Assembly: GCA_016929905.1 (NCBI GenBank)
Contig: JAFGHX010000175.1
Coordinates: 15,358-79,357, forward strand
Source of the DNA: Kiritimatiellia bacterium
Lineage (GTDB): Bacteria; Verrucomicrobiota; Kiritimatiellia; JAFGHX01
Direction: 5' to 3'
DNA length: 64,000 nt
The notes under the pieces: model-generated
The model's database searches: none
Seen by the model: only the letters and a program-made list of their open reading frames with translations
Told to the model about the DNA's origin: nothing
Position numbers and translations under genes: made by a program
Shown here: positions 48,891 through 59,202 of the stretch, piece by piece
Layout: each line of letters begins with the position of its first letter
Position numbering within the stretch: position 1 is the stretch's first letter

Positions 48891-51800
48891 ATGTCGAACG
48901 ATTTCATCCTGATCGAAGGCGCGCGGCAGAATAACCTCAAAGGGGTGCATCTGCGCCTGCCGCTGAACGAACTCATCGTCGTGACCGGCGTGAGCGGGTC
49001 CGGCAAGTCGTCGCTTGCTTTCGATACGATCTACTCCGAAGGACAACGCCGTTACGTCGAAACCTTTTCCCCCTACGCGCGCCAGTTCCTCGACCGTATG
49101 GACAAGCCGCAAGCCGACCGCATCGAAGGGATCCCGCCCGCCATCGCCATCGACCAGACCAACCCCGTCCGCACGTCGCGATCCACGGTCGGGACCATGA
49201 CCGAGCTGAACGACCACATCAAACTCCTGTTCGCACGCGCCGCCCGGTTGCACTGCCGCGGGTGCGGCAAGCCCGTGCGGCGCGACACGCCGGAAAGCAT
49301 CTATCGGCAACTCATGCAGGACGTTGGCGGCGCCTCCTCTGCCCCGAGCATCCTGATCACCTTCCCCGTCGCGATCCCGCGCAACTTCACCGAACAGGAA
49401 GTCCTCGACCTGCTGGCCAAGCAGGGCTACCAGCGACTTCATCAGAAGAGCGGCAAGCGTCTCGACGTCGTCCAGGACCGGGTGCCGCTCTCGCCGCGCC
49501 GGCGCGGCCGTGTCGTCGAGGATATCGAGGCGGCGCTCAAGCACGGGCACGGCCGCGTGAGCGTGTACCCGCTCGACGCGGACGGCCGCGCTCTGAGCCC
49601 GCTGCGCTTCTCCACCGCTCTGCACTGCGCCGACTGCGACATCCACTACCGCGATCCCGCGCCCAGCCTGTTCTCGTTCAATTCGCCGCTCGGCGCGTGC
49701 GAGACATGCCGGGGGTTCGGGCGCGTGATCGGAATCGACTACGGGCTCGTCGTGCCCGACGAGACCCGAACGCTTGCCCAGGGCGCCGTCAAGCCGTGGC
49801 AGGGCGCCAGTTACCGCGAATGCCAGGACGACATGATGACGTTCGCCGCCAAACGGGGCATCCCGGCCGACGTCCCGTGGCGCGAACTGTCCGACGCGCA
49901 CAAGACCTGGGTCCTCGAGGGCGAGGGCAAATGGGAGGACGGCCTGTGGTACGGCGTCAAACGGTTCTTCGATTGGCTGGAGACCAAAGCCTACCGCCTG
50001 CACATCCGCGTACTGCTCTCCAAGTACCGCGCCTACCACGAATGCCCCGTCTGCCGCGGCGCGCGCTTGAAACCCGAGAGCCTGCTCTGGCGGATCGGGG
50101 CGGATAACGAGCGCGGGCTCGACATCCACCAGGTGATGCTCCTGCCCATCGACCGCGGCCACGCCTTCTTCAACGCCCTGGAACTGCGCGCCCCGCTCGA
50201 CGAGGCCACGGCGCTGCTGCTCAACGAAATCCGGACGCGGCTCGACTACCTGGTGGAAGTGGGGCTGGGCTATCTCACGCTCGATCGCCAGTCCCGCACA
50301 CTGAGCGGGGGCGAAGTGCAGCGCATCAACCTGACCACCGCGCTCGGCACCTCGCTGGTCGGCGCGCTGTTCGTGCTCGATGAACCCAGTATCGGGCTGC
50401 ACTCGCGCGATATCAACAGGCTCATCCGGGTCCTGCACCGCCTGCGCGACGCGGGCAATACGCTCCTCGTCGTCGAACACGACCCCGAAGTCATCCGGGC
50501 CGCCGACCGCGTCCTCGATATGGGCCCGGGCCCCGGCGAAAAGGGCGGCGAGGTCGTGTTCTTCGGAGCGTTGGCGCAACTGCTGAAGTCGAAACGCTCG
50601 CTCACCGCGCAGTATCTGACGGGGAAGAAGAGCGTGCAGCCCGGCGGCTCGGCACAGCCTCGCCCTCCTTTCCCATCAACCGGTGTGCCTGCTGGAGGTC
50701 GAACCTGCGGTGAGCCGGTGCGTGCGGAAAGCCCTGTTCGGCACCTCGAGATCCTCGGCGCCGCCGAACACAACCTCAAGAACATCGACGTGCGCATCCC
50801 GCTGAACCGGCTGGTCTGCATCACCGGAGTGAGCGGGTCCGGCAAGTCCACGCTGGTGCAGGACGTCTGCTACAACGCCCTGCGCAAGCTCAAACATCAG
50901 CCGGTCGAGATGCCCGGCAAACACCGTGCGGTGGCGGGCCACGAGCGGTTCGAGGACGTCGTGCTGGTCGATCAGTCCCCAATCGGCAAGACCACCCGCT
51001 CGAATCCAGCCAGCTACGTGAACGCGCTCGGGCCGATCCGGACGCTGTTCAGTGCGGAGCCGCTCGCCCGCCAGCGACGCTATACCCCGGGCACCTTCAG
51101 CTTCAACGCCGGTAACGGGCGCTGTCCCGCCTGCAGCGGCAACGGCTTTCAGCATATCGAGATGCAGTTCCTCAGCGACGTCTACCTGCGCTGCCCCGAT
51201 TGCGACGGCAGACGGTTCCGCCACGAGGTGCTCGAGGTGAAGCTGAACGGCAAGTCCATCGCCGACGTGCTGGAGCTGACCGTCGCCGAGGCCTGCGCCT
51301 TCTTCGCCGATTCGCCTGCGATCCTGACCGGGCTCGACCCGCTGCGCGCGGTCGGCCTGCACTACCTGCGGCTCGGCCAGCCGGTTCCCACGCTGAGCGG
51401 CGGCGAGGCGCAGCGCCTGAAACTGGCCGGGCACCTCGTCGGGAGCGGTGCCGCGCGGAAAAGAACCGGCCCTACCCTCTTCCTGTTCGACGAACCCACG
51501 ACCGGCCTGCACTTCGACGACATCGCTGTCCTGCTCACCGCGCTGCGGCGCCTGCTCGAGCAGGGCCACTCGGTAGTCGTGATTGAACACAACCTGGACG
51601 TCATCCGCGCCGCCGACTGGGTCATCGACCTCGGACCCGAGGGCGGAGAACGGGGCGGCGAAATCGTCTGCGAAGGCACGCCGGACGACATCGGCGCGCA
51701 CCCGACGAGCCATACGGGCGCCGCCTTGCGCCGGTATGGGCAGCCCGCCCGCCCCCGCGACGCAGCGGCCCGCCGGGGCCGGAGATGGCGGGCCCGCGAA

Positions 51801-54455
51801 AAGGCACCCCGCTACGGAACCGGCGGCGACAAGGCCATCCACATCCGCAAGGCGCGCGAGCACAACCTGAAGAACGTGGACCTCACGATCCCGCGCGACA
51901 CCTTCACCGTCATCACCGGCATCAGCGGCAGCGGCAAGAGCACCGTCGCTTTCGATATCCTCTTCGCCGAAGGTCAGCGCCGGTACCTTGAATCGCTCAA
52001 CGCCTACGCGCGCCAGTTCGTGCAGCCGGCCGCGCGGCCGGACGTGGACGCGATCTTCGGAATCCCGCCCACCGTCGCCATCGAGCAGCGAACCAGCCGC
52101 GGCGGACGCAAGAGTACCGTGGCGACCGTGACCGAAATCTACCACTTCCTGCGCCTGCTCTTCGTGAAGCTCGGTACGCAGCACTGCCCGGACTGCCGGA
52201 TTCCCATCCAGCCCCAGACACCGGACGCCATCCTCGCCAGAATCCTGCGGTCATACCGCGGCCGGCGCGTACGGCTCCTGGCCCCGCTCGTGACGGCGCG
52301 CAAAGGCTACTATACCGACCTGGCCAAATGGGCGGCCAGGAAGCGATATCCCCACCTGCGCGTCGACGGCGCGCTCACCCCGACCGTCCCCTGGCCGCGC
52401 CTCGACCGGTTCAAGGAGCACACCATCGAATTGCCCGTCGGCGAGATCCGGGCCGTGCCGGAACAGGAACCGGAACTGCGCGCCCTGCTCGATCTGGCGC
52501 TCGGGTTCGGCAAGGGCATCGTCGCCCTGGCTCCGGCCGCCGACGGGGGCAGCGACAGACGCCCGGACGTCATCTTCTCCACGAAACGCGCGTGCCCGCG
52601 CTGCGAGCGCAGCTTCCAGGAACTCGATCCGCGCCTGTTCTCGTTCAATTCCAAACACGGGTGGTGCCCCCGCTGTTACGGAACCGGCCTGCAATTGGCC
52701 GGGTTCGACGAGGAGCAGACCGGCGAGGAAGTCTGGTGGAATGCGTGGTGGGAGGGGCCGGAACGGGCCTGTCCTGCCTGCGCGGGCCGCCGGCTGCGGC
52801 CGGAAGCGCTTGCCGTGACGTTCCGCAACCGCACGATCGCGGAGTTCACCGCGCTCTCCGTCGACGCCGCCGAAGCCCTGTTCCGCAACCTGAGACTGCG
52901 TGGCCCGGAAACGGAAATCGGGCGCGATATCCTCGCCGAGCTCTGCTCGCGCCTGCGGTTCCTGAAGGAGGTGGGGCTGCCGTACCTCTCGCTCGACCGC
53001 GCCGCCCCCACCCTGAGCGGCGGCGAAGCGCAGCGTATCCGGCTCGCCGCGCAACTCGGCTCCAACCTGCGCGGCGTGAGCTATATCCTCGACGAACCCA
53101 CCATCGGCCTGCATGCGCGCGACAACCTGATGCTGCTCGAGACCCTCGGCAAACTGGAACGTAAAGGCAACACCGTCGTCGTGGTCGAACACGATGAGAC
53201 AACCATCCGGCAGGCCAAACATCTTATCGATCTCGGACCGGGCGGCGGCGTGAACGGCGGCAGGGTCGTCGCGCAAGGCCGCCTGCGTGACGTCGTGCGA
53301 AGCAGACGCTCGGTCACCGGCCGATTCCTGCGCGAGCCGTTGCGCCACCCGCTCTCCACACGGCGCCGCACCCCCGACGCGGGCTGTCCCGGCCCCAGGA
53401 CGCCGGCCGTGCGCCTGCTTGGCGCACACCTGCACAATCTGAAGGACCTGAACGTGACCATTCCGCTCGGCGTGTTCACGTGTGTCACGGGCGTCAGCGG
53501 AAGCGGGAAAAGCACACTGGTGCGCAACGTGCTGTACCACGATCTGCGCCGTGTGGCCGGCCGCAAACGCCGGTCCAAACGAGCCGCCACCGGCGACGCC
53601 GACCTGCACGGCTGCAGACAGATCCAAGGCGCCGAACACGTCGCACGCGTGCTGGAGGTCGATCAGACCCCCATCGGGAAGACGCCCCGCTCCTGCCCCG
53701 CCACCTACGTCGGGTTCTGGGACGACGTGCGCCGGCTGTTCGCCGGTACGGCCGAGGCCAGAATGCGCGGGTATTCCGCAAGCCGGTTCTCCTTCAACGT
53801 GCATGGCGGGCGGTGCGACGCCTGCGAGGGGCAAGGCCTCAAGAAGATCGAGATGAGCTTTTTGCCCGACGTCACCGTCCCCTGCGACGTGTGCGCCGGC
53901 AAACGGTTCAACCGCGAAACCCTGGAAGCCACGTACAAGGACAGATCGATCGGCGACGTGCTGGACATGAGCGTCGACGAGGCCGTCCCGTTCTTCGCGG
54001 CGCACGCGAAAATCCATCACGCGTTGCGCCTGCTCCAGGATGTCGGCGTGGGTTACCTCACGCTCGGCCAGCAAAGCCCCACGCTCAGCGGCGGCGAAGC
54101 CCAGCGCATCAAGCTCGTCACCGAACTGGCCAAAGCCAGGAGCGGGACGGCCCACCGGTCCCCGCACACGCTGTATGTGCTCGACGAGCCGACCATCGGC
54201 CTGCACATGGCGGACGTCGAAAAACTCATCCGCGTCCTACACCGGCTTGTCGACGCGGGCAACACGGTCGTCATCATCGAACACAATCTCGACGTCATCG
54301 CCGAGGCCGACTGGATTATCGACCTCGGGCCCGAAGGCGGCGAGAAAGGCGGCCGCATCGTCGCCCAAGGCACCCCGGAACAGGTCGCACGGGTCAAGAA
54401 GGGCTCCCACACCGCCCGGTTCCTCGCCGCGTTTCTGAAGGAACGCGGGGCGTAG
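48891..54455 (+). CDS. uvrA: Excinuclease ABC subunit A, double-length (tandem-fused) UvrA
   Basis: 1854 aa; four Walker A (GxSGSGKS), four LSGGE signatures, four DEP Walker B, multiple CxxC fingers. Confidence 0.95.
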   Translation: MSNDFILIEGARQNNLKGVHLRLPLNELIVVTGVSGSGKSSLAFDTIYSEGQRRYVETFSPYARQFLDRMDKPQADRIEGIPPAIAIDQTNPVRTSRSTVGTMTELNDHIKLLFARAARLHCRGCGKPVRRDTPESIYRQLMQDVGGASSAPSILITFPVAIPRNFTEQEVLDLLAKQGYQRLHQKSGKRLDVVQDRVPLSPRRRGRVVEDIEAALKHGHGRVSVYPLDADGRALSPLRFSTALHCADCDIHYRDPAPSLFSFNSPLGACETCRGFGRVIGIDYGLVVPDETRTLAQGAVKPWQGASYRECQDDMMTFAAKRGIPADVPWRELSDAHKTWVLEGEGKWEDGLWYGVKRFFDWLETKAYRLHIRVLLSKYRAYHECPVCRGARLKPESLLWRIGADNERGLDIHQVMLLPIDRGHAFFNALELRAPLDEATALLLNEIRTRLDYLVEVGLGYLTLDRQSRTLSGGEVQRINLTTALGTSLVGALFVLDEPSIGLHSRDINRLIRVLHRLRDAGNTLLVVEHDPEVIRAADRVLDMGPGPGEKGGEVVFFGALAQLLKSKRSLTAQYLTGKKSVQPGGSAQPRPPFPSTGVPAGGRTCGEPVRAESPVRHLEILGAAEHNLKNIDVRIPLNRLVCITGVSGSGKSTLVQDVCYNALRKLKHQPVEMPGKHRAVAGHERFEDVVLVDQSPIGKTTRSNPASYVNALGPIRTLFSAEPLARQRRYTPGTFSFNAGNGRCPACSGNGFQHIEMQFLSDVYLRCPDCDGRRFRHEVLEVKLNGKSIADVLELTVAEACAFFADSPAILTGLDPLRAVGLHYLRLGQPVPTLSGGEAQRLKLAGHLVGSGAARKRTGPTLFLFDEPTTGLHFDDIAVLLTALRRLLEQGHSVVVIEHNLDVIRAADWVIDLGPEGGERGGEIVCEGTPDDIGAHPTSHTGAALRRYGQPARPRDAAARRGRRWRAREKAPRYGTGGDKAIHIRKAREHNLKNVDLTIPRDTFTVITGISGSGKSTVAFDILFAEGQRRYLESLNAYARQFVQPAARPDVDAIFGIPPTVAIEQRTSRGGRKSTVATVTEIYHFLRLLFVKLGTQHCPDCRIPIQPQTPDAILARILRSYRGRRVRLLAPLVTARKGYYTDLAKWAARKRYPHLRVDGALTPTVPWPRLDRFKEHTIELPVGEIRAVPEQEPELRALLDLALGFGKGIVALAPAADGGSDRRPDVIFSTKRACPRCERSFQELDPRLFSFNSKHGWCPRCYGTGLQLAGFDEEQTGEEVWWNAWWEGPERACPACAGRRLRPEALAVTFRNRTIAEFTALSVDAAEALFRNLRLRGPETEIGRDILAELCSRLRFLKEVGLPYLSLDRAAPTLSGGEAQRIRLAAQLGSNLRGVSYILDEPTIGLHARDNLMLLETLGKLERKGNTVVVVEHDETTIRQAKHLIDLGPGGGVNGGRVVAQGRLRDVVRSRRSVTGRFLREPLRHPLSTRRRTPDAGCPGPRTPAVRLLGAHLHNLKDLNVTIPLGVFTCVTGVSGSGKSTLVRNVLYHDLRRVAGRKRRSKRAATGDADLHGCRQIQGAEHVARVLEVDQTPIGKTPRSCPATYVGFWDDVRRLFAGTAEARMRGYSASRFSFNVHGGRCDACEGQGLKKIEMSFLPDVTVPCDVCAGKRFNRETLEATYKDRSIGDVLDMSVDEAVPFFAAHAKIHHALRLLQDVGVGYLTLGQQSPTLSGGEAQRIKLVTELAKARSGTAHRSPHTLYVLDEPTIGLHMADVEKLIRVLHRLVDAGNTVVIIEHNLDVIAEADWIIDLGPEGGEKGGRIVAQGTPEQVARVKKGSHTARFLAAFLKERGA

Positions 54456-54502
54456 ACCACCTCCCTGCCCCGCACAGCGCCGGGACTTGCGCACTTAAGC
54501 AA

Positions 54503-54542
54503 TTAAATAATTAGACAATTAATTAATTGTTTAATTATTTAA
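54503..54542. repeat. 40-bp almost pure-AT palindrome
   Basis: TTAAATAATTAGACAATTAA|TTAATTGTTTAATTATTTAA; 19 of 20 positions pair. Confidence 0.85.
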
Positions 54543-54563
54543 ATTCGAAAATGGGCTAGACTA

Positions 54564-54735
54564 TTACCCTTGGGGCGGATAGTACACGCCGATGTCGGCG
54601 CGGCCGTCTGCGTCGTAGTCCGCCTGCACCGGCAGGGCGCTGTTGAAGCCGAACTGTCGCGCCTCGAACCCGTCTCGCCCCTTGAGCAAGTACCAATAGC
54701 CGGTCCGCGGGAAGTACACGCCCAGGTCGACGGCC
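54564..54735 (-). pseudogene. FG-GAP/VCBS-like repeat remnant (frame not in ORF track)
   Basis: Manual translation VDLGVYFPRTGYWYLLKGRDGFEARQFGFNSALPVQADYDADGRADIGVYYPPQG*; no start codon recognised. Confidence 0.7.
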
Positions 54736-54776
54736 GTATGGGGCCGGCGCGTCCACCCCCCTGCATGTTTTCCTAA

Positions 54777-54813
54777 ACTTTGTCTTGCAAAGTACTTTGC
54801 TATACGCTATAGT
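54777..54813 (+). promoter_or_regulatory. Sigma70 promoter of VIT operon with overlapping palindromic operator
   Basis: TTGCAA 54785-54790, 17 bp, TATAGT 54808-54813; ACTTTG-N5-CAAAGT 54777-54793 and GCAAAGTACTTTGC 54787-54800. Confidence 0.72.
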
Positions 54814-54938
54814 TGCCTCCGAGAATGGTGAGTGGCCCATTCAGGAATGACTGATAGTTCCGATAAAACGGCCCATTCGGCCGCTTTTTTCGGGCCGACA
54901 AACTCTGCTACACAAAGCTCTCTGCAAAGGAGGACGCG

Positions 54939-57395
54939 ATGACACCGGGCACCCCGGCCCCGAACACGCAGCCGAACCAAGCCCTTCCGAAGCCGCCGCC
55001 AAAACAGCATGTCTCGAGTTTCATGCTCGGATTCTCGGCCGTGTGCGGAATTCTCTTGCCCTTGGTGACGCTGGCGGTCGAGTGCGCCACGGGCTGGTCG
55101 GCGGAGATCTACGTGGACCCGGTCCCCTCCGCCTGGTACATGCTGCTTGTGGCATGGGTCCCGCTGGCGAATCTGCTTATGCTGCTCGCCGTTCAAAGCC
55201 GATGGCCGCGGTACACGCAGGGCCTGGACTGGCTCAACGGTGTCGCGATCGGCCTCGCAGGCTACTACGCGTTGCTCTTTCTGCCGATCGCACCCGTGGC
55301 CGTGATCGGCATTCTGTTCTGGGGTATGGGTCTGTTGCCGCTCGCGCCGCTGTTCTCGCTCCTCTGCGCCCTGTGGCTGCGCCGCAAGCTGCGCAGCCGG
55401 CTGAACGAGGCGGAGCCGCCGGTTCGGTTCGGCGGCGCGTGGCGCGGGATTCTGGCGGCGTTCGGCATGATCGTCCTGCTGGGCCTGCCCACCACCGCCA
55501 CGCTGGTCGGCAGCCATCTTGCCGTGAGCCGGAACAGGCCGATCGAGTTGGCCGGGCTCCGTTTCCTGCGCGCGTTCGGCGATCGCGACCTCCTGCTCCG
55601 GCTGTGCTACTCGCGTCAAGGTGCGGCTCGCGACCCGATCGGGTGGCTGCTTGCGGAGAGCGGCCACACGGCCACGCAGGCTGAGGCGCAATCTCTGTAT
55701 TACCGCGTGACGGGGACTCCATTCAATGCGGTCAAACCCCCGTACGTGCACCGGTGGCGGGCAAGAGGCATGGCGCGGGACGAATGGGACTTCGGACTGG
55801 GCGGCGACGCCGTGGCGGCGCGCGTGCGCGGCCTGTCGCTGAGCGAATCGCGGCTCGACGCCCGCATCGACGCCGACGCCGCGCTGGCCTACACGGAATG
55901 GACGCTTGTCTTCAGCAATACGTCGCACCGGCAACACGAAGCGCGCGCACAGATCATGCTGCCGCCCGGGGGCGTCGTTACGCGACTGACGCTCTGGATC
56001 GACGGAGAGGAGCGCGAAGCGGCGTTCGGCACGCGCGCGCAGGTGAAACAGGCCTACAGGAGCGTGGTCCGGAAACGGCGCGATCCGGTTCTGGTCACGA
56101 CCGCCGGCCCGGACCGCGTCCTGATGCAATGCTTCCCGGTGCCGCCCGCCGGCGGCACAATGAAGGTACGCCTGGGCATCACGTCGCCCCTTGCGCTGCA
56201 ATCGCTTGCGCAAGGCGCGCTTCGGCTGCCCTGCTTCGCGGAACGCAATTTCGGGTTTGCGCGCGATCTGATGCACGCGGTCTGGGCCGAATCCGGCGCG
56301 CCACTGGCAGCCGTCTCCGGAACCTCCGTGCTCCGCGCGGAGAACCCCGGGCCGGGCCTGTACGCCCTGCGCGGATCGGGGGGCACGCTCACGGCCGACA
56401 AACCGATCGGCCTGCGAGCCGACCGGAATGCACAGGTCGTGGAATGCTGGACCGCGCAGCCGCGAAGCGAATCGGCCGAATTGGTGCAGCAGCTCATCCG
56501 TGTGCGGAAGGTGGCCCCGCCGGCCCGCGTTGTCGTGGTGCTGGACGGCTCGCGGCGCATGGCCGAGTTCGCCGCGACGATCGGTCGGGCGTTCCAGAGA
56601 TGGCCTGCACGAATAGAGACGACTGTCCTGCTGGCGTCTGATCAGATCAGGGAACTCGAGCCGGGGGGCGCCGGTGCGCCGGGCGCGGGCGAGCCGGTAG
56701 CGGCACGGCTCGACCGCGCGCGCTATGCGGGCGGCTGCAACAACCTGCCGGCCCTGGCCAGGGCCTGGGATCTGGCCGCGCAGCGCCCGAACAGCGCGAT
56801 TCTGTGGCTGCATGCCGCGCAGCCCGCGGAACTGGGCGGTATCGAAGCGCTGCGCCAGAGATGGCAGCGCCGGCCCGACGGGCCGGCGCTGGCTCATCTG
56901 CAGTTCGGCGGCGGGCCGAACGTTGTCGTGACTCAGCTCGACGGGCTTCCGAACGTGCAGTCCCTCTCGATGACAGGCGACCCGGAGCAGGACCTGACCC
57001 GCCTTATTGCCGGATGGTCCGCCACAACCGAGCAATATGAATTCTCCCGCTCGGCGGTCGATGCCGGCCGCCAGGCGGGCAAGCGGACCTCGGATCACCT
57101 CGCACGGCTATGGGCGTTCCAGCGTGTGCGTGAACTGGGCGCCTCACGCAGGCAATCCGCGCGCGACGAAGCCGCAGCGCTGGCTACGGCCTTTCAGCTG
57201 GTCACCCCGGTCTCCGGCGCCGTCGTGCTGGAAACCGCGGCGCAATACAAGGTTGCCGGGCTGAAACCGGTGGACCCCGAAACGGTCCCGACCATGACCG
57301 CCCCGTCCATACCGGAACCCGAAACGTGGCTGCTGGTCGGTGTTGTGTGCCTCTTTCTGATCGTCGTGCAGACAAGAAGACCGCGGTTGGCGTGA
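54939..57395 (+). CDS. Membrane protein with VIT domain, vWA-like region and C-terminal PEP-CTERM signal
   Basis: About 5-6 N-terminal TM helices; AYTEWTLVF..EARAQIMLPPGGVVTRLTLWIDGEERE..RRDPVLV VIT; LVTPVSGAVVLE; IPEPETWLL-hydrophobic-RRPR. Confidence 0.85.
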   Translation: MTPGTPAPNTQPNQALPKPPPKQHVSSFMLGFSAVCGILLPLVTLAVECATGWSAEIYVDPVPSAWYMLLVAWVPLANLLMLLAVQSRWPRYTQGLDWLNGVAIGLAGYYALLFLPIAPVAVIGILFWGMGLLPLAPLFSLLCALWLRRKLRSRLNEAEPPVRFGGAWRGILAAFGMIVLLGLPTTATLVGSHLAVSRNRPIELAGLRFLRAFGDRDLLLRLCYSRQGAARDPIGWLLAESGHTATQAEAQSLYYRVTGTPFNAVKPPYVHRWRARGMARDEWDFGLGGDAVAARVRGLSLSESRLDARIDADAALAYTEWTLVFSNTSHRQHEARAQIMLPPGGVVTRLTLWIDGEEREAAFGTRAQVKQAYRSVVRKRRDPVLVTTAGPDRVLMQCFPVPPAGGTMKVRLGITSPLALQSLAQGALRLPCFAERNFGFARDLMHAVWAESGAPLAAVSGTSVLRAENPGPGLYALRGSGGTLTADKPIGLRADRNAQVVECWTAQPRSESAELVQQLIRVRKVAPPARVVVVLDGSRRMAEFAATIGRAFQRWPARIETTVLLASDQIRELEPGGAGAPGAGEPVAARLDRARYAGGCNNLPALARAWDLAAQRPNSAILWLHAAQPAELGGIEALRQRWQRRPDGPALAHLQFGGGPNVVVTQLDGLPNVQSLSMTGDPEQDLTRLIAGWSATTEQYEFSRSAVDAGRQAGKRTSDHLARLWAFQRVRELGASRRQSARDEAAALATAFQLVTPVSGAVVLETAAQYKVAGLKPVDPETVPTMTAPSIPEPETWLLVGVVCLFLIVVQTRRPRLA

Positions 57396-57417
57396 GAAGA
57401 ACAGAAGAGCGGATGGT

Positions 57418-57591
57418 TGGAAGGGTGGAAGAATGGAAGACCGGAAGATGGGGGACTGCGCGCCCGGAAAGAGGGGCAAACGAAAGGCTGGAATCGGCGA
57501 AAAGGCAAAGCCACGGTTCTGGCACAGATGCCTTCCCTTCTTCCACCCTTCCACTCTTCCATTCTTCCACCCTTCCATTCCCCCTCTCTTC
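57418..57591. repeat. MITE-like element bounded by inverted octamer tandem repeats
   Basis: TGGAAGGGTGGAAGAATGGAAGA (57418-57440) is the exact reverse complement of 57555-57577; more TTCCAxxx octamers over 57531-57591. Confidence 0.8.
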
Positions 57592-57606
57592 CGCTGAGAC
57601 CGTGTC

Positions 57607-58563
57607 ATGAAGCATAAACACACCGTCCCCTACTTCCGGCTCCCGAGCCTGCGGCTGCTGCTGTTGTTTCAGGGGTTGGCGTTCTGGCCGGTCTGGGCGT
57701 GGTACGTGCACCGGCTGTTCGAACGGTGCGACGAGCCGTGGGGCTTGCTGCCGCTGCTCACCGCAATCGTCTATGTCTGGCGCCGCGCGGTCCCGCCGGC
57801 GGAGAGGTCGCTGTCCCGCCTGAGGTGGAGTGCACTGACGGCTGTCGCCTACGTGCTGACCTATCCGTTCGTGCCCGCACTGGTACGCGGCGGGCTGGCG
57901 TTCACCGCGCTGTGCATCACGCTGAGCGTGCTGTATCTGAACCGCGGCTTCGATATGTGGCTTTGGGCGCTATGGCTGATGTCGCTGCAGGTCATCCTGA
58001 CGCTGGAGTTCTATGCCGGCTATCCGCTCCGTGCGCTCGCGACACGGATGGCGAGCGCACTGTTGCGGCTCGGCGGGCTGTACGTGACGGCGGAGGGCGC
58101 CTGTCTCAGATGGGGAGAGCGGCTCGTCTTTGTGGATGCGCCCTGCAGCGGGGTCAAGATGCTGTGGGCCGGCTCCTACCTGGCCTGCACGCTGGCCGCG
58201 TTTCGGGCGGTGCGGGGCGGGATGGGTATGCTCGTCGGGCTATTGACCGTGGGACTGGTCGTGCTGGGCAACTCGCTGCGCGCCGCGGCTCTGTTTTATG
58301 TGGAAGCGGGGATTGTGCGCGCTCCGCCCTGGGCGCACACGGGTATTGGCCTGGTGGTGTTCGCCGTGACGGCGGCCGGGATCGTCGGGGCGGTCGCCCG
58401 CCTCGCAGGGCGGGCCAACGCCTGCGCGGAGAAGACAGGGACCCCGCCGGCTGCCCGGCGTGCGCGAGCGGCCGGGCGAAGGCGGCCGCGGGGTCCGGGC
58501 CGGCGCGAGGCAGGCAGGCCAGAATGCCTGTGCGACGGGGAGGCTCGACAGCCGTGCGTCTGA
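57607..58563 (+). CDS. Exosortase/archaeosortase family transpeptidase (XrtQ-like)
   Basis: Multi-TM; DEPWGLL, VDAPCSG (Cys), GNSLR (Arg), WAHTGIG (His); adjacent to PEP-CTERM protein. Confidence 0.85.
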   Translation: MKHKHTVPYFRLPSLRLLLLFQGLAFWPVWAWYVHRLFERCDEPWGLLPLLTAIVYVWRRAVPPAERSLSRLRWSALTAVAYVLTYPFVPALVRGGLAFTALCITLSVLYLNRGFDMWLWALWLMSLQVILTLEFYAGYPLRALATRMASALLRLGGLYVTAEGACLRWGERLVFVDAPCSGVKMLWAGSYLACTLAAFRAVRGGMGMLVGLLTVGLVVLGNSLRAAALFYVEAGIVRAPPWAHTGIGLVVFAVTAAGIVGAVARLAGRANACAEKTGTPPAARRARAAGRRRPRGPGRREAGRPECLCDGEARQPCV

Positions 58564-59084
58564 TCATGACATTTCTCGGCGCCTGTCTCCTGGCGGCGTT
58601 GGCGCCGCTGACGCCAACACTGGTCGATGCCGTCAACGGTGAGCGGCCCGAAACCGCGGCGTTCCCGGGCTGGCCGACCACCTTTGAGGGCCGTCCGCTG
58701 GCTCGGCGGCCGCTGGCGGCGAACGAGGAGCGTTTCGTCAGCCGCCGATTCCCGGGCCGGATCGCCCGTTTCTCGGACGGGCGCCGAGAGATCATCCTGC
58801 GCTGGGTGACGAGGCCGACGCGCCAGCTCCACCGGGCCACGGTATGCTTCAAGGGCTACGGACACACCGTCACGCACCTGCCGGCCCGGTGCGACGCGGC
58901 CGGCAACACGTGGTGCGCGTTCCGCGCCGAGAAAGACGGCCGGGCCTTCGACGTGCGAAGCCGCGTCTTCGACGAACACGGCAACAGTTGGCCGGACGTT
59001 TCCGCCTGGTTCTGGGCCGCCACCTGCGGGAAGACCGAGGGGCCCTGGTGGGCGGTCACGGTGGCGGAGGTTGCCGAGCGGTGA
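58554..59084 (+). CDS. Exosortase-associated exported protein (EpsI-like, inferred)
   Basis: GTG after GGGGAGG; signal/TM, then FPGWP..FPGRIARFSDG..PTRQLH..CFKGYG..DVSAWFW. Confidence 0.65.
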   Translation: MRLIMTFLGACLLAALAPLTPTLVDAVNGERPETAAFPGWPTTFEGRPLARRPLAANEERFVSRRFPGRIARFSDGRREIILRWVTRPTRQLHRATVCFKGYGHTVTHLPARCDAAGNTWCAFRAEKDGRAFDVRSRVFDEHGNSWPDVSAWFWAATCGKTEGPWWAVTVAEVAER

Positions 59085-59129
59085 TCGAAAGCCGGCGCCG
59101 TAAAATCGTTCTGCGCGTACGAATGGCTC

Positions 59130-59158
59130 TTGAACCGCCGCGGCGGATGCCCTATTCT
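59130..59158 (+). promoter_or_regulatory. Putative sigma70 promoter for RimK/GCS2 pair
   Basis: TTGAAC-17 bp-TATTCT. Confidence 0.4.
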
Positions 59159-59202
59159 ACTGCCACGCTCAGCGTTTGCGCGGTTGCTGGATCTGTCTTT
59201 CC

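Noticed and set aside
57470-57535. GGCAAAC...GCAAAGCCACGG resembles a c-di-GMP-I riboswitch
   Set aside because: The GNRA-capped stem between the motifs and the closing stems do not form by eye; an Infernal scan would be needed
57699-58553. Long upstream extension of the exosortase accessory ORF (similar cases at 60162 and 38717)
   Set aside because: Shadow reading frames typical of high-GC DNA; downstream starts fit domain boundaries
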